Source: Gammaproteobacteria bacterium (lineage in GTDB: Bacteria; Pseudomonadota; Gammaproteobacteria; CAISUE01). From it: 64,000 nt of DNA. The stretch covers positions 198,416 to 262,415 of the forward strand of contig JAJNBD010000002.1 of NCBI GenBank assembly GCA_021156105.1. Reading direction: 5' to 3'. The notes under the pieces were generated by a model, which was not told where the DNA came from, searched no databases, and saw only the letters and a list, made by a program, of their open reading frames with translations. The number at the start of each line of letters is the position of its first letter. Within the stretch, counting starts at the first letter, position 1. This document shows positions 11,572-20,907 of this stretch, in pieces. The position numbers and the translations under genes were made by a program.

Positions 11572-12711
11572 ATGGTAAAACGTTTTTTTCCAGAAATCTT
11601 ACTCTTTTTTGCTGCATTGCTATTGTTAGGGGGGATGTTGAATGGCCATGCGATTTGGACGCAAGAATACCGCTGGCAACAAATTGTGCTTCACATGCTT
11701 TCTAGTAAGGATTATTGGCATCCTTATTTAGATGGCCGGCCTTATTATGATAAACCTTTAATGACTTATTGGTTTATTGTAGCGTTGGCAAAATTAAATT
11801 ATGGGGTTTTAACGAAGACATTACTACGTTTGCCATCTGTCTTTGCTGGCTTGATAACATTGGCATGTACTTATTTTCTAGGCAAAAATTTTGGCGATCG
11901 CAAAGTTGCTTTGTTAGCGACTTGGTTTTTGCTGACAACATTTTACTTTGTTTTTTTTGCCAGAACTGCTAGCGCAGATATGTGGAATGTGGCGAGTGTT
12001 TTACTTTGTTTAGTTTGGTTTTTTTATGCAGGTCTATCAGTAAAAAGAGTGTTTTGGCGTGATTTAATATTTTTCCTTTTATTAGCTTTTAGTGCTTTAT
12101 TAAAAGGTTTAATTGGACCGGTGCTTGTTTTTCTTGTTTTAATCCCTACTTTATGGCGCAATCAACTTTGGCAAAGGTTTTTTAATTTTAAATCTATAGC
12201 AGCATTAATGGTTGCAATAGGTTTTTATCTGTTACCCTTTTTTATTTCTTCCGCAACTTCGACTAATTATCAAGAAAATGGTTTGGTAGAGGTATTTCGG
12301 GAAAACGTTTTACGTTTTTTTGAGCCATTTGATCATGAAGGTCCTTGGTGGACATATTTTGCTTATCTGCCGGCTTATTGCGCACCATGGATATTATTAA
12401 GCTTAGTTTTTTTAATGAAACGGCGGAAACCTAGTAGCGAAAATAAAAATTTCCTATATGGAGAGGGCAGTTTCTGCTGGGCTGTGCTAAGTATTTTTAT
12501 CTTTTTATCATTGAGTGGTTCTAGGAGAAGTTATTACATTCTTCCAGCTGTACCTTTTGTTATGCTTTGGTTTGCACAATTATGGCAACAGAAATTTATG
12601 GGAAGCGTCAAGGCAAACTATGTCTTGGCTTGGTTTGTTGGCTTGTTTTATTTAATATTATGTGTTAATTTTTTGATCATTCAACCTTGGTACTACTTAC
12701 ATCATGGCTAA
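11572..12711 (+). CDS. ArnT/PMT_2-like GT-C glycosyltransferase
   Basis: 379 aa polytopic; [15 protein letters not shown] motif typical of the ArnT/GT39 first periplasmic loop; stop overlaps the eno start. Confidence 0.65.
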   Translation: MVKRFFPEILLFFAALLLLGGMLNGHAIWTQEYRWQQIVLHMLSSKDYWHPYLDGRPYYDKPLMTYWFIVALAKLNYGVLTKTLLRLPSVFAGLITLACTYFLGKNFGDRKVALLATWFLLTTFYFVFFARTASADMWNVASVLLCLVWFFYAGLSVKRVFWRDLIFFLLLAFSALLKGLIGPVLVFLVLIPTLWRNQLWQRFFNFKSIAALMVAIGFYLLPFFISSATSTNYQENGLVEVFRENVLRFFEPFDHEGPWWTYFAYLPAYCAPWILLSLVFLMKRRKPSSENKNFLYGEGSFCWAVLSIFIFLSLSGSRRSYYILPAVPFVMLWFAQLWQQKFMGSVKANYVLAWFVGLFYLILCVNFLIIQPWYYLHHG

Positions 12712-14002
12712 GCTTATTTCTAGCATCAAAGCAATTGAGATTTTAGATTCACGCGGTAATCCGACTGTCGAAGTTACCTTAACTATAAATAATGGCCAAA
12801 GTGTAACAGCCTCAGTGCCATCCGGTGCTTCAACTGGCATACATGAAGCCTTAGAGTTGCGTGATCAAGATAAAAAACGTTTTAATGGAAAAGGCGTTTT
12901 AAAGGCAGTGGATAATATTAATAATATGATTGCGCCAGCTATACTTGGGCGTGATCCAACGCAACAAGCGGTGTTGGATGATTTGATGTTAGCGCTTGAT
13001 AACACGCCTAATAAAGAAAGACTTGGTGCCAATGCGATGTTAGCAGTTTCATTAGCCATTGCTAAAGCAGGTGCTTTGGCCAATGGTTTGTCTTTACATG
13101 ATTATTGGGCTGCTGATGGTCTGCAAACTTTGCCTGCACCTATGATGAATATTATTAATGGTGGTGCGCATGCTGATAATGGTTTAAGTATCCAAGAGTT
13201 TATGATCATGCCTTTGGGGTTTGATCATTTTAAAGATGCTTTGCGTTGTGGCACAGAAATTTTTCACACCTTGAAAAATATCCTTACCAATAAAAATTTA
13301 AGCACTAGTGTGGGCGATGAAGGCGGTTTTGCACCGCGTTTGCCTAGCCATCAAGCGGCATTAGACTTAATTATGTTAGCAATTGAAACCGCAGGTTATA
13401 AGGCGGGCGAGCAAGTGTTTCTTGCTTTAGATGTGGCTAGCTCTGAATTTTATCGTGATCAAAAATATTGTTTAAAAAATGAAAATTTAGTGCTTGATGC
13501 TGAAGGTATGGTGGATTATCTTGCTAAGCTCGTTGATAAGTATCCTATCATTAGTATTGAAGATGGTATGGCTGAAGAAGATTGGGGTGGTTGGCAGTTA
13601 TTAACTCAAAGGTTGGGTGAGCGTATTCAATTGGTGGGTGATGATTTATTTGTGACAAATCCTGCTCGTTTAGAAAAAGGTATTGCGGATAAAGTTGCTA
13701 ATGCTATTTTAATTAAACCTAACCAAATTGGTACGGTAACTGAAACCTTAAGGGCAATTAAGCTAGCAAAAGAAGCTTCTTATGGCACTGTTATCTCGCA
13801 TCGTTCTGGTGAAACGGAAGATACTTCCATTGCAGATTTAGCGGTAGGTTTAAATGCTCAACAAATCAAAACGGGTTCTTTATGCCGAACAGATCGTATG
13901 GCAAAATATAATCAGCTATTACGTATTGAAAACGCAAGGCCTGATTTGTTGTATGCGGGTAAAACCATTCGTGACCAACATATTGCTGTTTTGAGGACAT
14001 AA
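12704..14002 (+). CDS. eno: Enolase
   Basis: 432 aa; conserved enolase motifs (SIEDG, LLLKVNQIGT-like [17 protein letters not shown]). Confidence 0.95.
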   Translation: MAKLISSIKAIEILDSRGNPTVEVTLTINNGQSVTASVPSGASTGIHEALELRDQDKKRFNGKGVLKAVDNINNMIAPAILGRDPTQQAVLDDLMLALDNTPNKERLGANAMLAVSLAIAKAGALANGLSLHDYWAADGLQTLPAPMMNIINGGAHADNGLSIQEFMIMPLGFDHFKDALRCGTEIFHTLKNILTNKNLSTSVGDEGGFAPRLPSHQAALDLIMLAIETAGYKAGEQVFLALDVASSEFYRDQKYCLKNENLVLDAEGMVDYLAKLVDKYPIISIEDGMAEEDWGGWQLLTQRLGERIQLVGDDLFVTNPARLEKGIADKVANAILIKPNQIGTVTETLRAIKLAKEASYGTVISHRSGETEDTSIADLAVGLNAQQIKTGSLCRTDRMAKYNQLLRIENARPDLLYAGKTIRDQHIAVLRT

Positions 14003-14008
14003 ACTTTT

Positions 14009-14308
14009 ATGGGCCGTGTGGTTATCGTTGCGCTGGTTATTTTATTTCTTGGCTTGCAATACAAGCTTTGGTTTGAAGATGGCGGCGTGCGCCAAGTTGC
14101 ACGCTTGCATGAAGAAGTTGAAAATCAGAAAAAAGAAAATGAAGCTTTAGCGCGGCAAAATGACCAATTACGAGCAGAAGTTAAAGATTTAAAATCAGGG
14201 GTTGATGCGCCTGAAGAGCGAGCACGTAATGAGCTTGGTATGATTAAACAAAATGAAGAATATTTTCAGATCGTGCAAGAAAATAATTCACGCCGCGGGC
14301 AGGGATAG
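14009..14308 (+). CDS. ftsB: Cell division protein FtsB
   Basis: 99 aa, single N-terminal TM then coiled coil; positioned directly after eno as in many gammaproteobacteria. Confidence 0.8.
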   Translation: MGRVVIVALVILFLGLQYKLWFEDGGVRQVARLHEEVENQKKENEALARQNDQLRAEVKDLKSGVDAPEERARNELGMIKQNEEYFQIVQENNSRRGQG

Positions 14309-14413
14309 TGTCTCGTGGAGCAGCAGGGTTGAAGCAGTTGTTAAATAAACCCTCTCTAAATTTTCCCGTTAGAGTTGGATAACCGATAAAACTAGATCTC
14401 GATAGTAAGAAAC

Positions 14414-14527
14414 ATGACGAAAAAGATTTTACTTTTAATACTACTTTCTTTCATACTTACGGCTTGTGGCCAAAGCGGGCCTCTCTACTTACCTAAAAAT
14501 ACTTCACAGCAGCAGGGACGTCAGTAA
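14414..14527 (+). CDS. lptM: Small lipoprotein, LptM (YifL)-like; not in the ORF track
   Basis: 37 aa: signal peptide, lipobox LTAC, then GQSGPLYLP matching the YifL/LptM CG.KGPLY.P signature. Confidence 0.55.
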   Translation: MTKKILLLILLSFILTACGQSGPLYLPKNTSQQQGRQ

Positions 14528-14528
14528 T

Positions 14529-15110
14529 ATGGCAGCTAACAGCGATAAAATAACTTATCATGAAAAATTTTTCTCAGTTGGTTCTAATACAGATATCTTA
14601 GAGCTAACGGGTGTAGAAGACGAGCTTGATGCTTTTGTAAAACAAAAGCGTGTTGGTGTTGTGCATTGGGGGCAAGGTCAGCGGGATTTAATCAAAAAAT
14701 TTCGTGAAATAAGCCCAGGAGTTTTATTGCAAGAAAGAATGAGTAGTCTTATTCCTGAGCGAAGTTGTTTTGAGGCGATGCCTATTCAATCTGAAATGCA
14801 TCATAAATTGCAAATACTTTTATTATGTATTGCAACTGTTATTGAGCAGGGATCTTCTGTTGATAGCACTTGTTTTAATCGTGAGGAAATCAATTCGGCT
14901 GATCGATTAAATCCTATCTTGCAACATATGATTAGAGAAAGATACTGCGTGGAGGGGCGACAGCCTTCGGTTCGCAGAAGTTCGCTTTCTGCGCTTATTG
15001 ATGATGTCAAAGGGCTTTTTGCGTCACTCAAAGTCGGTGGCGACAGTCAGCGTCCTCCAGCTGCTGCGGCAAAGCGATGTGAAGATTCTTTGAAAATAAG
15101 ATCGCCTTAA
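14529..15110 (+). CDS. Hypothetical protein
   Basis: ATG at 14529 directly after the LptM-like stop; 193 aa, no recognisable domain; 3' end overlaps the convergent midA-like gene. Confidence 0.45.
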   Translation: MAANSDKITYHEKFFSVGSNTDILELTGVEDELDAFVKQKRVGVVHWGQGQRDLIKKFREISPGVLLQERMSSLIPERSCFEAMPIQSEMHHKLQILLLCIATVIEQGSSVDSTCFNREEINSADRLNPILQHMIRERYCVEGRQPSVRRSSLSALIDDVKGLFASLKVGGDSQRPPAAAAKRCEDSLKIRSP

Positions 15111-16227
15111 ATAATTCACCCATTTCTTCTGGTGAGACTAATTTTCGAACAGCATTTGCGGTCAGTAGTGAACTTTTTTCCTGTGTTAGAAATGCCTGAG
15201 CTAATTCCATTATGCCACCATGCATGAGTAGTGCGCCCTGTGTCATGAAGGTTTCTAAAGTTAAACCATTTTCAATACCGCATTTGGCGAGAGCAGTAAA
15301 ATCAACATGGGAGGTAATGTCTTGTAGCCCTGGCCAAAAATAAGGATTTGGATGTGCATGATGTTGATAATGACACATTAACGTGCCTGTGTCCCGGTCT
15401 GGATGATAATACTCACGTGCTGGGAACCCATAGTCGATAAAAAGCAGAATCCCTTGTGTCAAAATAGCAGTCAAAGATTTTAATAATGCTTCTTGTTGTA
15501 AATTGATTTCGCTCTCATAGCCTGCGGTCAAGCCCATTCCCCCTTGTTCTTTGGGTAGCATGAGCGCATTAAGTCGTTGCTCTAAATAAGCAGAGCTTGG
15601 ATTATCTAGTATTTCATGAAAATTATTTAGCGCAGTTGAGTCGCTATTTGCCTCTACTACATAAATTTCCTTTGCGCCATTCTCAGTAATCTTGAAACGG
15701 TGCACAGGTAAAGCATCAAGTACTTCGTTAGCAATAATAATGCCTGAAAAACTGTTGGGTAAGCGGTCGAGCCAAATGATACGCTTGAATATTTCGCCGC
15801 TTAATTTTGCTTGTAAATAATCTTGTTGACGTTGTTTTAAATCTGCACTGACTTCTAAAATAAAATAATGTTGGGGTAAATTTTTTTCTTTGGCTAAATA
15901 ATCTAAGATGCTTTCAGCAAGCCTGCCTGTGCCAGCGCCAAGTTCTAACCAGTCAGGTTGTGACATTGCAGCGATATAAGGTTTTAGAGCGCTTGCGATA
16001 GTCATGCCAAATAATGGCGAGATTTCAGGCGCGGTAATAAAATCGCCAGACTCTCCAAATTTATGCGCACCAGCGCTGTAATAGCCTAAACCAGGCGCAT
16101 AAAGCGCAAGCTGCATATAATTGTGAAAAGAAATTTTGCCATGATGTTGAGTCATGGCAGTTTTTATCTGTTGCTGTAGTTTTAAACTATGAGCCTGCGC
16201 AATCGTTGAGGGTTCTGGGAAGCTCAT
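15028..16227 (-). CDS. SAM-dependent methyltransferase, MidA/NDUFAF7 (DUF185) family
   Basis: 399 aa; GESGDFITAPEISPLFG motif characteristic of the MidA family. Confidence 0.8.
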   Translation of the reverse strand: MSFPEPSTIAQAHSLKLQQQIKTAMTQHHGKISFHNYMQLALYAPGLGYYSAGAHKFGESGDFITAPEISPLFGMTIASALKPYIAAMSQPDWLELGAGTGRLAESILDYLAKEKNLPQHYFILEVSADLKQRQQDYLQAKLSGEIFKRIIWLDRLPNSFSGIIIANEVLDALPVHRFKITENGAKEIYVVEANSDSTALNNFHEILDNPSSAYLEQRLNALMLPKEQGGMGLTAGYESEINLQQEALLKSLTAILTQGILLFIDYGFPAREYYHPDRDTGTLMCHYQHHAHPNPYFWPGLQDITSHVDFTALAKCGIENGLTLETFMTQGALLMHGGIMELAQAFLTQEKSSLLTANAVRKLVSPEEMGELFKAILFSKNLHIALPQQLEDADCRHRL

Positions 16228-16236
16228 AATAATGAC

Positions 16237-16635
16237 TTACCCAGTAGAGCGAGGCGTTGGTAAGGGATTTTCAATATCGTTATCAGCAGGAATCGAGCAT
16301 TTTTTACAGCCAAAAAAGACAGATAGAGACGCTAGGCCTACACTGACAGCAGTGCCAGCTGAGCCTAGGACTATGCCTGCCATATCGCCTTCTTGAATAG
16401 ATTTGTAAAGCGTAAATGCACTGGCGCCGGTTAGCCCTAAGGCTAATATACAAAACACGGCTGCACCGCATTTGTATTTACTATTCGGTGAGCTTTCTGC
16501 TGTAGGTAATAGTTGATCAGTTTCTTGTTGTTGGCCTGGATTAAGCATATTTTTACTCATAAGTATTATTAGAGCGCTTATTATAATTTGAGAGGCTAGA
16601 GAATGCAATTTTGTTTTTATCGTGTAAAGCGACAC
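16237..16635 (-). CDS. Small membrane protein, hypothetical
   Basis: Two hydrophobic segments; stop lies 9 nt upstream of the midA-like start, so probably co-transcribed. Confidence 0.35.
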   Translation of the reverse strand: MSLYTIKTKLHSLASQIIISALIILMSKNMLNPGQQQETDQLLPTAESSPNSKYKCGAAVFCILALGLTGASAFTLYKSIQEGDMAGIVLGSAGTAVSVGLASLSVFFGCKKCSIPADNDIENPLPTPRSTG

Positions 16636-16665
16636 ATAGGAGAAGAAGCGTAGGGCTTCTTGCTG

Positions 16666-17706
16666 TTATGCGCATATTTTAGTGCTTACATCTCTTTTGC
16701 AAAATCCTTGCTGATAGTTAATTGAGCTGGGGTCATGAATGGCTTGATCGAGTGTCGTCCTGGCGAAGGTGTAGTGGATATGTTGCGTATGATTTTTGTC
16801 GTTTAAATCGGTTATGTTATCTATTAGCCTTAAATAAAGCTCTATGGGTGCTTTATCGTTTTTAGGCAATTTTATAATCATGCTTGAAACGGCTTGGTCG
16901 CTATTAGGATATTGTTTGTTTTTTCTATCAGGGTGGCTGTTAAAAGTCCTGAAAATACTATTATCTTGATAAGTATTATCATAACCTTTATCAAATTTAG
17001 CTAAGGGGTTATCATTTGCAGCTTCGGTGTTAAAACTAAAGCGGATAAACTGATCTAAGTTTAATTCTGATAAATGATGCACCATGAGTGCAGTAATTTT
17101 GTTTAGTCTTAGATAAGATGTTTGCTGATCGATAACGGGTGTAAGGTTGTATTGCGTTAGGTTCTCCAAAATATAATGATTAGTTTGAGCAAAAATTACG
17201 GTTTCCCCATTGGAATTTCTTGAAAAAATTTTACACTGATACTGATTATTAAGTGCAATTTCGCATAACATAGCTTTGCTTCTATCCGCAAAGATATAAT
17301 TTATTGGGGTGCTATTGGAAAATAAAAGCTTACTGTTTTTTTTTATATCATCAACTTTGTGATAATTTTCAAGGATATTTTCCATGACTTTTTCATAAGA
17401 GATCTTTGCTGCGCGTTGCTTTAAAGGGATCGTGCTTGCGAATGTCATAAATGCGGCTAAGCCTGTCTCGTTAACCCCCATCTTGATGCTATATTGATTA
17501 TCGTACTGCTTATCTCCATACAGGCCAAAAAATTTATATTTATTTTTATGTTGTATGGTTAAAAATTTTTGATTGCCCGGATAAAAGTCACGGTTTTTTG
17601 CAATTAAGAGCTCGTTTGGTGTAAGCGTGCCCCAAACAGTGCAGGCTTGAGATGAGTTTACGAGGCAGGCTGCCAAGATCGCAGCAAAGAAAAATGTTTT
17701 TGGCAT
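16666..17706 (-). CDS. Secreted Ntn-hydrolase-like protein (choloylglycine hydrolase/penicillin V acylase or C45-type), putative
   Basis: Signal peptide ending SSQA, then Cys as predicted mature residue +1 (CTVWGT). This is the hallmark N-terminal nucleophile arrangement. Confidence 0.4.
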   Translation of the reverse strand: MPKTFFFAAILAACLVNSSQACTVWGTLTPNELLIAKNRDFYPGNQKFLTIQHKNKYKFFGLYGDKQYDNQYSIKMGVNETGLAAFMTFASTIPLKQRAAKISYEKVMENILENYHKVDDIKKNSKLLFSNSTPINYIFADRSKAMLCEIALNNQYQCKIFSRNSNGETVIFAQTNHYILENLTQYNLTPVIDQQTSYLRLNKITALMVHHLSELNLDQFIRFSFNTEAANDNPLAKFDKGYDNTYQDNSIFRTFNSHPDRKNKQYPNSDQAVSSMIIKLPKNDKAPIELYLRLIDNITDLNDKNHTQHIHYTFARTTLDQAIHDPSSINYQQGFCKRDVSTKICA

Positions 17707-17894
17707 ATTTTGCTAACTCTGAAATTATTAGCTATATTTAGACTAAGCAAATCATATACCAGTTCGAGCTTAGTTGTGTATCTATGCGATTCTTGGTATT
17801 AGCTTATGGCTTGAGCGGTTATTGCGAAAATTGTATCAAAAAGTTAAGCTGTCAATGATGTGGTTGTCCTAATAAACAAAATAAGGAACCAAAT

Positions 17895-18701
17895 ATGCCA
17901 AAAAGAAAAGAGCTTGTCTGGGGTGCTTTAGAAGATTTTTTAGAAGGAGTCGGCACATCTTTTTATACTGATGTAGAACTTAGGCGGAAAATGACGTTAT
18001 GGCAGATGCCGACTGCGTTTAGCACGATGTTAAAGAAGAAGTGGGATAAGTTAGATCGAGGTCAGTTTTATCGGGCAATACGCGTGGCGCGCGAGAGTTG
18101 GGGCTGGGATTGGCGGAGACCATCAGCGGCGGATATAGAGGGTTCACCGAAAACGATGCCCTTTGCAGATATAGGGTTTTCTAAGGATAGCCAAACACAA
18201 GTTAGGCGTGTGCTGATACAAGCGGAGATATCTTCTCGATTAGCTTGTGAGGGGGTTGACAAGGTAACGCAACTGATAGAGCTTGCTCAAAAGTTTCGCA
18301 GCGATAGTGGTATTGCAGAAGCAAAGATCAGAGCAAAAGAACATGACAAGCTGGTTGAAAAAAATTTTCAATATATTGCAAAAACTTTCTGTGTTTTTTT
18401 CACGAGCCCTACACCTTTTAAGGAAATCAAAGGAAAGTATATGTTCTATGCTTTATTAATAGCCGTCATGGCATCAATAGCTGAACTGCGTAGAGGCTAT
18501 TTAGAAATGGAGGGTAGCGCCAGCGATTTATATCCCGCATTGCTCACGATTACTGATTATTTAATGAAAGCCTTGAACCGTTTGCCTCTTGCCGCGGATT
18601 CTCAAGAGGAAATCGCGCGTATCAAGAATACACAAATGATGGCAGAAGTTAAAAAAAATTTAGAGGAGACAGGCGCAAAGCCTGCTCGCTATTTATGGTA
18701 A
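17895..18701 (+). CDS. Hypothetical protein (effector candidate)
   Basis: 268 aa, isolated transcription unit, no recognisable domain. Confidence 0.5.
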   Translation: MPKRKELVWGALEDFLEGVGTSFYTDVELRRKMTLWQMPTAFSTMLKKKWDKLDRGQFYRAIRVARESWGWDWRRPSAADIEGSPKTMPFADIGFSKDSQTQVRRVLIQAEISSRLACEGVDKVTQLIELAQKFRSDSGIAEAKIRAKEHDKLVEKNFQYIAKTFCVFFTSPTPFKEIKGKYMFYALLIAVMASIAELRRGYLEMEGSASDLYPALLTITDYLMKALNRLPLAADSQEEIARIKNTQMMAEVKKNLEETGAKPARYLW

Positions 18702-18758
18702 TTTCTTGGTTGGGTGGAGATGGCATAGGCGCTTAAAAAGCCTATGCCATGTTTGATA

Positions 18759-19196
18759 TTATTGACACTTGTACTGCGCTACGCGCTTTTCCATCTCTTC
18801 ATCGCTCACGTCTTCGATATGGGTTGCAAACCACCAGGAATTTCCCCAAGCATCTTTTACGCCACTATGCCTATCGCCATAAAATTGATCGGCAGGTTCC
18901 ATTGTTGAAGTGGCGCCTGCTTTAAGCGCACGGTGGTACCATGCATCGCAATCTTCCACATAAAGATAAAACATTCCGCCTGGTGCGGCTGGATGATGCT
19001 CGCTGGCATCTGCAAACATAAGCATTGAGTCGCCTACTTGTGCACAAGCATGCTTAATCGTGTTATCTAGCTCAAAGCAGTCTTGAATTTTAGCGCCAAG
19101 GCCTTCTTGTAAGAATTTTAAAAAACCTTGTGCATTCTCTACTACCAGAAAAGGTGTGATGGTATGAAATCCTTCAGGGATGGGTTTTACGCTCAT
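18759..19196 (-). CDS. VOC/glyoxalase-fold protein (PhnB-like)
   Basis: 145 aa with glyoxalase/bleomycin-resistance-like pattern. Confidence 0.55.
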   Translation of the reverse strand: MSVKPIPEGFHTITPFLVVENAQGFLKFLQEGLGAKIQDCFELDNTIKHACAQVGDSMLMFADASEHHPAAPGGMFYLYVEDCDAWYHRALKAGATSTMEPADQFYGDRHSGVKDAWGNSWWFATHIEDVSDEEMEKRVAQYKCQ

Positions 19197-19264
19197 TTAA
19201 TATCTCCATAATAAAAATGAATCATTAATTATAGCGTAAAACCCTTGCTGCTGCAGTGAAAGTT

Positions 19265-19792
19265 TTAGGGTATGTTAAGCGTTTGAGCAACTGCATTAAC
19301 AACAGCGGATACTCTTATGCAAGTTTGAATGGCTTCATGTGAAACTTGGTGCTGTACTAAAGATTTCACATGAGAGTCCATGCACATGCCGCAGCCATTA
19401 ATCGCGGAAACAGCTAAGGCATATAATTCAAAATCAACTTTATCAATGCCGGGATTTGCCATGCCATTCATGCGTAATTTAGCAGGCATGCTAGCAAAAC
19501 TTTTATCACTGGCTAAGTGAATAAAGCGATAATAAATATTGTTCATGGCCATTAAACTTGTGGCAATTTTAATTCCTTGAATATCGGTTTCTGTTAGCAT
19601 TGCATTGGCGTAATCAAATATAGCGTTAATAAGCTCTGCTTGTTTTGTGCTATAAGCGCTGGCCAGCGCGATACCTGCGATTTGCTTTGCGCTTAAGCCA
19701 TCGATATCTTGCTGATTTAATAAGCTGCTTAGATTTAATTTTGTATCTTTAGCAAAATCAGGTAGTTTATTTTTTAATGTATCAAAGTTCAT
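19265..19792 (-). CDS. ahpD: Alkylhydroperoxidase AhpD-family protein
   Basis: 175 aa; NGCGMCMDSH matches the AhpD C-x-x-C-x-x-S-H active site; directly downstream of ahpC. Confidence 0.8.
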   Translation of the reverse strand: MNFDTLKNKLPDFAKDTKLNLSSLLNQQDIDGLSAKQIAGIALASAYSTKQAELINAIFDYANAMLTETDIQGIKIATSLMAMNNIYYRFIHLASDKSFASMPAKLRMNGMANPGIDKVDFELYALAVSAINGCGMCMDSHVKSLVQHQVSHEAIQTCIRVSAVVNAVAQTLNIP

Positions 19793-19801
19793 AGTAGCTC
19801 C

Positions 19802-20359
19802 TTAAGCATTATTTTCAAGGGTTTTCACATCAAGGGTTTGCTGTCCTTTTTGCCAGTTGCAAGGGCAAAGCTCATCAGTCTGTAAAGCATCTAGAACGCG
19901 CAAGACTTCATTAGGATTACGGCCCACGTTTAAATCAGTGACCATGACAAAACGAATGACGCCTTCAGGGTCAATAATTAACGTTGCGCGTTGAGCAACA
20001 CCTTCTTGTGGATCTAAGATGCCCAAAGCGCTAGAAAGTTCACGCTTAATATCTGAAAGCATTGGGAATGGTAAATCATTTAAATCTTGGTGGTGCTTTC
20101 GCCATGCGTGATGAACGAATTCTGAGTCAGTGCTTAAGCCTAAAATTTGAGCATCTCGGTCTAAGAAATCCGGATTTAATTTAGCAAAGGCTGTGATTTC
20201 AGTTGGGCAAACAAAAGTGAAATCTTTTGGCCAAGAAAATAATACAAGCCATTTGCCTGAAAAAGTCTGGTTGTTGATATTTACAATGCCTTTTTCAATA
20301 TCATTGCTTACAACCGCCTTTAACTCAAATTTTGGTAAAGCGTTACCAATGGTTAACAT
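19802..20359 (-). CDS. ahpC: Peroxiredoxin (AhpC/Prx1 type)
   Basis: 185 aa; peroxidatic FTFVCPTE motif and resolving Cys near C-terminus (CPCNW). Confidence 0.9.
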   Translation of the reverse strand: MLTIGNALPKFELKAVVSNDIEKGIVNINNQTFSGKWLVLFSWPKDFTFVCPTEITAFAKLNPDFLDRDAQILGLSTDSEFVHHAWRKHHQDLNDLPFPMLSDIKRELSSALGILDPQEGVAQRATLIIDPEGVIRFVMVTDLNVGRNPNEVLRVLDALQTDELCPCNWQKGQQTLDVKTLENNA

Positions 20360-20410
20360 AATTTTTCTCCAAGTTGTTTAAATTGGGTTCATTGTAGAAT
20401 GCTGGTATCG

Positions 20411-20456
20411 ATAAGTAAAATATATTTTTTATATCCTAATGATATATTTTACTTAT
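20411..20456. promoter_or_regulatory. Perfect 15-bp inverted repeat, 52-97 bp upstream of the ahpC start; candidate operator
   Basis: ATAAGTAAAATATAT N16 ATATATTTTACTTAT. Confidence 0.4.
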
Positions 20457-20907
20457 AATAAAAATATTGAGCGGTTTGCGAATTATGATTATGGAGAGGT
20501 AAGTTATAAACCTATGAGTATTAAAAGGCGTTGGCTTTTAATTATATAGTGCCTACTAATCTTGGGGTGGCTCATCGCTTTTAAAGTATTTTTTAGAAAG
20601 ATATGGTTCACATCTGTTGATCAGAATATTTCTATTAAAAAATTAGGTTGTGTGCCATATATTAGCTTATCTCAAATAGAAGCCTCTCACAAAGCTGTTG
20701 CTATTAATGCGCCACTTAAGATCGGTTTCCAGTAAAGTTTTTACTGGGATAGCTTCATGTTTAGTAAACGCTGAGGCCAGCCCAAAATGACCTCATTAAT
20801 AAAATGTTAACCATAAATATCATATACTATAACGCTTTAAACATTTCCCAAAATATGTATTACCATATAACATAAACAATAATAAACTAATCCTATTAGG
20901 AAAATTT

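Noticed and set aside
11769-11972. 67-aa alternative-frame ORF inside the ArnT-like gene
   Set aside because: Same-strand out-of-frame overlap with a well-supported membrane protein gene
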